The notes below the pieces were generated by a model, which saw only the letters and a program-made list of their open reading frames with translations, was not told the origin of the DNA and did no database searches. A stretch of DNA of 64,000 nt from a candidate division FCPU426 bacterium (lineage in GTDB: Bacteria; Oederibacteriota; Muellerivitia; Muellerivitales; Muellerivitaceae), in the NCBI GenBank assembly GCA_963796105.1, contig CAWCKJ010000003.1, positions 384,001 through 448,000 on the forward strand. The letters run 5' to 3'. This document shows, piece after piece, positions 58,737 to 64,000 of the stretch. The position numbers and the translations under genes are program-made. Each line of letters begins with the position of its first letter. Position 1 is the stretch's first letter.

Positions 58737-59555
58737 TTACTCTTCCCCTTTTGCTTCACCTTGAGCTTTTTGTGCCTCTAAATTGACTTTCAATTTCGGT
58801 GGCAAGAAAGCTTTTAACTTTTCCTCAACAATACGAGGATTATCACCAGCTGAAATCGCCAATATTCCCTCTAACATTACTTCTCTCAATAATACTTCTT
58901 GTTGACTATTTTGTTTCAGCTTGAAAGATATCGGCAAAAAAATGATATTCGCAAAAGAAATACCATAAAAAGTTGCGATAAATGCAGTCGCAATTGCACC
59001 TGCAATTTCTGTTCCGCTAGTTGAGGCACCACCTTCCCCCATCGAACCCAAAGCATGTATCAATCCCAGCACAGTTCCAATAATACCAAGTGTGGGAGAA
59101 AAGCCACCAAAAGTCCCAAATATACTTTCGCCTATTTTGTGCCGAGACTCGAGAAATGCAATGTCAGTTTCCATAATATTTCTTATCATTTCTATGTCCG
59201 TACCGTCAACAACAAGCTGCAAACCTTTTTTTAAGAATGGATCCGGAATAGCTTCCGCTTCTTCTTCCAAACCCAATAAACCTTCACGTCGCGCTTTAGT
59301 TGCGAAACCAACCAATTGATTAACAATGGCGCCAGGATCCAATTCCTGCTTTTGAAATGCTTTTCTTAAAACCGGAAAAAACTCTCGAATGCTATCGGAA
59401 GGAAAACTCATTATTGTTGCACCCGCCGAACCAAAACCTACTATTAAAAAAGCCGAAGGTTTTAATAAAATTGATAATCTTACGCCTTCAAGTAAAGCAC
59501 CTCCTACCACTCCAAGAAGGCCTAAAAATAAACCTATAATCGTTGCTAGATCCAC
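58737..59555 (-). CDS. motA: Stator A subunit
   Basis: ARREGLLGLE, PTLGIIGTVLGLI, AFIATFYG, GDNPRIVEEKL. Confidence 0.96.
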   Translation of the reverse strand: MDLATIIGLFLGLLGVVGGALLEGVRLSILLKPSAFLIVGFGSAGATIMSFPSDSIREFFPVLRKAFQKQELDPGAIVNQLVGFATKARREGLLGLEEEAEAIPDPFLKKGLQLVVDGTDIEMIRNIMETDIAFLESRHKIGESIFGTFGGFSPTLGIIGTVLGLIHALGSMGEGGASTSGTEIAGAIATAFIATFYGISFANIIFLPISFKLKQNSQQEVLLREVMLEGILAISAGDNPRIVEEKLKAFLPPKLKVNLEAQKAQGEAKGEE

Positions 59556-59646
59556 GAAATCACCTCCAAAAATTTCCTCATTGTTTATTTCAAATCATAA
59601 AACAACATTGTTGGAAATAAAAACAGAACTAAAATTTCCTCCAAGC

Positions 59647-60138
59647 TTAAATGGTAACTGCAAGAACAGATTCCCTAGCTTTTTCAACTCGGTCCCGACG
59701 AATAAACGAGATTGAAGAAATTTCATCTAAAAATCTTCGTTCCTCGGTATAAATTTCATTATTATTTAAAAGTAATTTTTTTTCTCGCAGATTTTCAAGA
59801 ACTTTCTTTTCACGTGACGCTTTAACTAAGATTTTTTGGCGTTTTTCCACCTCTTGAATCAAATCATTCTCCACGACACGATAATCTTTTTCACGATAAG
59901 TAAGCCACTCTTTATACTCACAAAAAGCGATTATTTCACCAGAATTGTAGTTTATGTTTTTTTCAAACTCAGAAAATTCGTTCAAAAAAATAATTTCTTT
60001 TTCCATGTGTTCATTTAATTCTTCTTGGATTTTTAAAAGTTTTCCTTTTGCATGAGATAATTCACGAACTCGAATATTTTCGATATCTTTACGCAACTTA
60101 AGAACTTTTTCCAATCTAAAGTAAAACCTTTTGGCCAT
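59647..60138 (-). CDS. fliJ: FliJ
   Basis: FYFRLEKVLKLR...EKKVLENLREK...EERRFLDE after fliI. Confidence 0.88.
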   Translation of the reverse strand: MAKRFYFRLEKVLKLRKDIENIRVRELSHAKGKLLKIQEELNEHMEKEIIFLNEFSEFEKNINYNSGEIIAFCEYKEWLTYREKDYRVVENDLIQEVEKRQKILVKASREKKVLENLREKKLLLNNNEIYTEERRFLDEISSISFIRRDRVEKARESVLAVTI

Positions 60139-60144
60139 AAAACC

Positions 60145-61485
60145 TCAATTTAAAAATACTTTTGATTTTTGAAGAGTTTCACTCCATTTTGTTTCTTCCT
60201 CACGAGTTTGTCTTAAAAACGCTTGAACACTGTCCAGTTTTTGAATCGCCACATCAACCTTGTGATTAGTTCCCTTCACATAAGCGCCTATCGCGATTAA
60301 ATCTTCTACACTTTTATAGGTTGCCAAAATTGACCGAATATTTTCTGCGGCTTCGAGTTGTTCTTTGGTGACAATATCCCTCATAACTCTTGAAACGCTA
60401 TTTAAAACATCAATTGCAGGATAATGATTTTGCGATGCCAACTCCCTTGATAAAACTATATGCCCATCCAAAATGGCGCGACAAGTGTCAGAGATCGGAT
60501 CATTCATATCGTCCGCTTCTACTAAAATTGTGTACAAACCCGTGATACTTCCTTGATGAGATGTAGTTCCCGCTCTTTCTAATACTTTGGGTAAAAGGGC
60601 AAATACCGATGGTGTATATCCCTTCGTCGTAGGTGGTTCCCCTATTGCCAATCCCACTTCTCTTTGTGCCATTGCAAACCTTGTAACTGAATCCATCATC
60701 AGCATTACTTTATTTCCTTTATCACGAAAATACTCTGCAATTGTAGTAGCCACCAGAGCCGCTTGAATTCGAATGAGTGAAGGTTGATCGGAGGTTGCTA
60801 CAACGACCACACTACGAGACAATCCTTTTTTTCCAAGGTCTCTTTCCAAGAAATCTCTTACTTCTCTTCCTCTTTCCCCGACTAATGCGATCACATTAAT
60901 ATCTGCTTCAGTCTGTTTAGCAATCATTCCCAATAATGTGCTTTTACCAACTCCAGAACCAGAAAATATTCCAAGTCGTTGACCCTCACCCAATGTTAAT
61001 AACGAATCAATAGCGCGTACGCCAGTTGCAACATGAGTGTTTATTCTTCTACGGTCCATAGCAGGAGGGGGGTCCCGATGAATCGGGTATTTTTCATCCA
61101 ACGGAAAAATTGGACCATTACCATCTATAGATTTTCCCATAGCATCTATGACTCGTCCTAAGAGCCCATTTCCAACAGAAATCTTAAATGGAGCGCCAGT
61201 TTTAACAACCTCACTTCCAGGCCCTAATCCTCTCATCTCGCCTAAGGGCATCAACAATACGTGATGTTGTCTAAATCCAACCACTTCCGCCAATAAAGGC
61301 GATCCTTTCCCATCCGCTGGAGTTATCCAGCAAGCTTCCCCTACGGAAGCAATAGGCCCAGATGACTCAATAACTAAACCAACGACTTGTTCAACTTTTC
61401 CGTTTATTTTCGTTAATTCTGTTTGATTAATACAATCTTTAAGAACGCTTAATGGAGGTAGAATTTCATTTAACAAAGAGTTCAA
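60145..61485 (-). CDS. fliI: Export ATPase FliI
   Basis: GSGVGKS, GERGREV, DSVTRFAMAQRE; GAGGAGG SD suggests TTG start at 61485. Confidence 0.97.
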   Translation of the reverse strand: MNSLLNEILPPLSVLKDCINQTELTKINGKVEQVVGLVIESSGPIASVGEACWITPADGKGSPLLAEVVGFRQHHVLLMPLGEMRGLGPGSEVVKTGAPFKISVGNGLLGRVIDAMGKSIDGNGPIFPLDEKYPIHRDPPPAMDRRRINTHVATGVRAIDSLLTLGEGQRLGIFSGSGVGKSTLLGMIAKQTEADINVIALVGERGREVRDFLERDLGKKGLSRSVVVVATSDQPSLIRIQAALVATTIAEYFRDKGNKVMLMMDSVTRFAMAQREVGLAIGEPPTTKGYTPSVFALLPKVLERAGTTSHQGSITGLYTILVEADDMNDPISDTCRAILDGHIVLSRELASQNHYPAIDVLNSVSRVMRDIVTKEQLEAAENIRSILATYKSVEDLIAIGAYVKGTNHKVDVAIQKLDSVQAFLRQTREEETKWSETLQKSKVFLN

Positions 61486-61504
61486 TTCATACCTCCTCAA
61501 GGTC

Positions 61505-62416
61505 TTAACGTATTAATTCACTTTCTAAATTTTGTTTAATCTGATCGGCAACCGTCGTTAAACGAGAATCAATCGTTCCCGCTTCAGTCTCTAGCAAGCA
61601 TCCACCAACTTCAATTCTGGAGTCCGGAATAATTTCAAGTTGCTTAGCCCCCACAGACAATGCTAAAAATTCTTTGTTTTTCTCAACTTCCAAAAAATCA
61701 TTAGGGTTAACATGCAACTTAAAATTAATCCTATCCTGCGCTTTCTTTAAGACTATTTCAGCAAAACCTATGACCAAATTTTTGTAATTTTTAGAAATTT
61801 CACTTAAACAAAGTCGTAAAGATTCATCAACAAGTTCTATAAGAATAGGCTTTAATTCAAATAAAAGTTTTTTTCTTTGTCCTAATAAGTCTTCGCCTAT
61901 TTTAACCCAATTTTTTATGAGTTCCTGATATGTTTCTTTTCCCTCTTGTTTTCCTCTTTCAAAACCATCGATATGTCCACTCTTGAATCCTTCTTCATAT
62001 CCTTCTTTAGTTCTTTCAGTTTTTAAATTCAAAATATCTTTTTCAGCTTCTTCCTTCAGTTTTTCAATAAGATCATTCCCATCCCAACGAGCCTTCTCCA
62101 AAAACTCAAATGCATTCTTTTTCGCAATCTGTTCAATTTTCAAAGCCTCTTGTACAGCATCCTCTTTAGCCTTAATTATTATTTCATCAGGAGACTCTAA
62201 ATCTTTTGTCAATGAACTGTTTTTTAAAACCTTGTCATTAAAATCCGAAAAATCGAAAGATTGTACAGGTAATGTGTTTTTATCAATTACCCACATTTCA
62301 CCAGGCGTTTTTTGTTTCAACCTTTTTTTTATTTCTTTTTGCCAATCCAAATTATCAAGCAAAAAATTAACATCAGATATTTGATATTGATCATTCCCCA
62401 AAACTTCACGACCCAT
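61505..62416 (-). CDS. fliH: FliH
   Basis: GYEEGFKSGHIDGFERG repeats; GGCLLETEAGTIDSRL. Confidence 0.92.
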   Translation of the reverse strand: MGREVLGNDQYQISDVNFLLDNLDWQKEIKKRLKQKTPGEMWVIDKNTLPVQSFDFSDFNDKVLKNSSLTKDLESPDEIIIKAKEDAVQEALKIEQIAKKNAFEFLEKARWDGNDLIEKLKEEAEKDILNLKTERTKEGYEEGFKSGHIDGFERGKQEGKETYQELIKNWVKIGEDLLGQRKKLLFELKPILIELVDESLRLCLSEISKNYKNLVIGFAEIVLKKAQDRINFKLHVNPNDFLEVEKNKEFLALSVGAKQLEIIPDSRIEVGGCLLETEAGTIDSRLTTVADQIKQNLESELIR

Positions 62417-62444
62417 TTTTTCCCATTCTCGAAAGAAATTTCTT

Positions 62445-63464
62445 CTAAATCATTACTTCTTCTTCGCCGCCACGCGCAACAACAATTTCCCCCATTTCTT
62501 CCAGTTGTCTGACAACATTAACGATTTTTTGCTGCGCTTCCTCCGCGTGTTTCAGTCGAACAGGTCCCATTACTTCCATATCTTCCAAAATCATTGCCTT
62601 AGCTCTGCTTGACATGTTTTTCAGTAAGAGCTCCTTCACTTCTTCTTTGGCGCCCTTAAGTGCTAATGCTAAATCTTTCGCGTCTACTTCGCGTAACACT
62701 TGTTGAATAGTACGGTTATCCAAATTTATAAGGTCGTCAAAAACAAACATCAGACGTTTTACTTCCTCAGCTAACTCTGGATTTGATTCTTCAAGTTTTT
62801 CCATGATAGCTTTTTCAGTAGAACGATCAGCACGATTTAAAACCTCAGCCAAAGAACGAACCCCACCTGCAGCAGTAAACTCCTGTGTGAATATCGAAGA
62901 TATGCGACGCTCTAAAACTCTTTCAATTTCCATAACAACATCTGGAGCCGCACGGTCTAACACAGCAATTCGGGTCGCAACATCAACTTGGACATCACCT
63001 GATAAATGTCCAAGAATTGTAGCCGCATGATCGGGAGTCAAATGAGCCAATATCAACGCAATAGTTTGGGGGTGTTCTGACTGAATAAAATTTAACAACT
63101 GTTGAGGGTCTGTCCTTTTAATATAATCAAAAGGCGTCATCTGCAAGGAGCCCTGCAACCGATTAATAATCTCCATTGCCTTATTGGCGCCCAGTGCTCT
63201 TTCTAATATTTCATGGGCATACTCAACCCCGCCTTGAGAAATGTACTCTTGAGCAGCGGCAATATTCAATACTTCCTGCATCACAGAATCTTTTTCATCA
63301 GGTGTGATTTTTCTTAAATTCGCAATTTGAAGAGTTACCTGTTCAACCGTTTCTTCTTTCAAATGTTGGTATATTTTCGAAGCCAAATCCGGCCCCAATG
63401 AAATAAGAAGAGCCGCAGCCTTTTGTTCACCTGATAAAATTGTTTTTTTCTTGGTTTCCGCCAT
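62445..63464 (-). CDS. fliG: FliG
   Basis: KAAALLISLG, EHPQTIALIL, MFVFDD, NMSSRA. Confidence 0.97.
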   Translation of the reverse strand: MAETKKKTILSGEQKAAALLISLGPDLASKIYQHLKEETVEQVTLQIANLRKITPDEKDSVMQEVLNIAAAQEYISQGGVEYAHEILERALGANKAMEIINRLQGSLQMTPFDYIKRTDPQQLLNFIQSEHPQTIALILAHLTPDHAATILGHLSGDVQVDVATRIAVLDRAAPDVVMEIERVLERRISSIFTQEFTAAGGVRSLAEVLNRADRSTEKAIMEKLEESNPELAEEVKRLMFVFDDLINLDNRTIQQVLREVDAKDLALALKGAKEEVKELLLKNMSSRAKAMILEDMEVMGPVRLKHAEEAQQKIVNVVRQLEEMGEIVVARGGEEEVMI

Positions 63465-63470
63465 GGAAAG

Positions 63471-64000
63471 CTACTCCTCAGAAAGCCATTTCTTTATAAT
63501 TTGTGCAACATTTTCAGGATTCTTATTCGCCATTTCAAATACTTCTTTTCTTACCGCTTCACGCTTCTTTGCATCACGTGCAGCCTCAGCCCTCGCTAAG
63601 TCTTCTGCTGTCACATCGGTTGTAATGATATCTTCAACTTGAGGCGTCATTATGGGTTCCTCAAGTTCCAAATCATCTAAATTTTCCACAAACTTTTTTT
63701 CTTTCTTTGGTTTCAACATAGATCTTAAGAAAAGAAGCACCCCCAAAGCCATTAATACCAGAAGTCCTATTTTCCCAAGCGTTAAATAAAAGTTTTGTTG
63801 GGTTTCCATTCGATTCTCCTTCAAACTTGCCACTTCTTGGGAATTATCAAACGGCATATTTTCCACAGCTACCTGATCACCACGGTTTAAATCCATACCA
63901 GCTGCAGCAATAACAGCTGTCTTAATCGCCTCAACTTGTTGAGGTTGCAAATTATCAACAAACACACCAACCGATATCCGTTTAGGTGATCCCGGAGCTA
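63471..64000 (-). CDS. fliF: MS-ring protein FliF (3' part; 5' end outside the window)
   Basis: AAAGMDLNRGDQVAVENMPF, TM, NPENVAQIIKKWLSEE. Confidence 0.93.
   Translation of the reverse strand, partial: APGSPKRISVGVFVDNLQPQQVEAIKTAVIAAAGMDLNRGDQVAVENMPFDNSQEVASLKENRMETQQNFYLTLGKIGLLVLMALGVLLFLRSMLKPKKEKKFVENLDDLELEEPIMTPQVEDIITTDVTAEDLARAEAARDAKKREAVRKEVFEMANKNPENVAQIIKKWLSEE

Overview
Chromosomal DNA from a diderm bacterium, probably an uncultured lineage; the Thr/Pro-linker plus YPNP-CTD proteins and many PorV-like barrels suggest an FCPU426-like group (inference only). The GC-rich left arm (1-16.7 kb) carries gltB (partial), tgt, a wHTH orphan, a split-HPr protein, yjbQ, a trimeric autotransporter adhesin, a modular sialate O-acetylesterase, an SDR, a DRE-TIM enzyme, hemerythrin and PilZ. 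After tRNA-Phe, a ~47 kb minus-strand block that becomes more AT-rich holds a large flagellar cluster from fliF to flbD. Highlights: (1) a shared, covarying RNA hairpin (stem-GGA-stem-triloop-stem-A-stem) in the leaders of both flgE and flgG, with the flgE copy directly behind the TIGR02530 gene; (2) four PorV-like barrels and two T9SS-CTD-like proteins in or near the flagellar cluster; (3) an atypical axial set: 1019-aa FliK, enlarged FlgE, divergent FlgK with no flgL beside it, a sigma28-like promoter on the hook genes and a 1051-aa protein with 96-aa repeats; (4) a ~170-bp IS200/IS605-type miniature element, a second MITE-like element and a possible flhG remnant. All calls come from reading motifs by eye; no searches were run.
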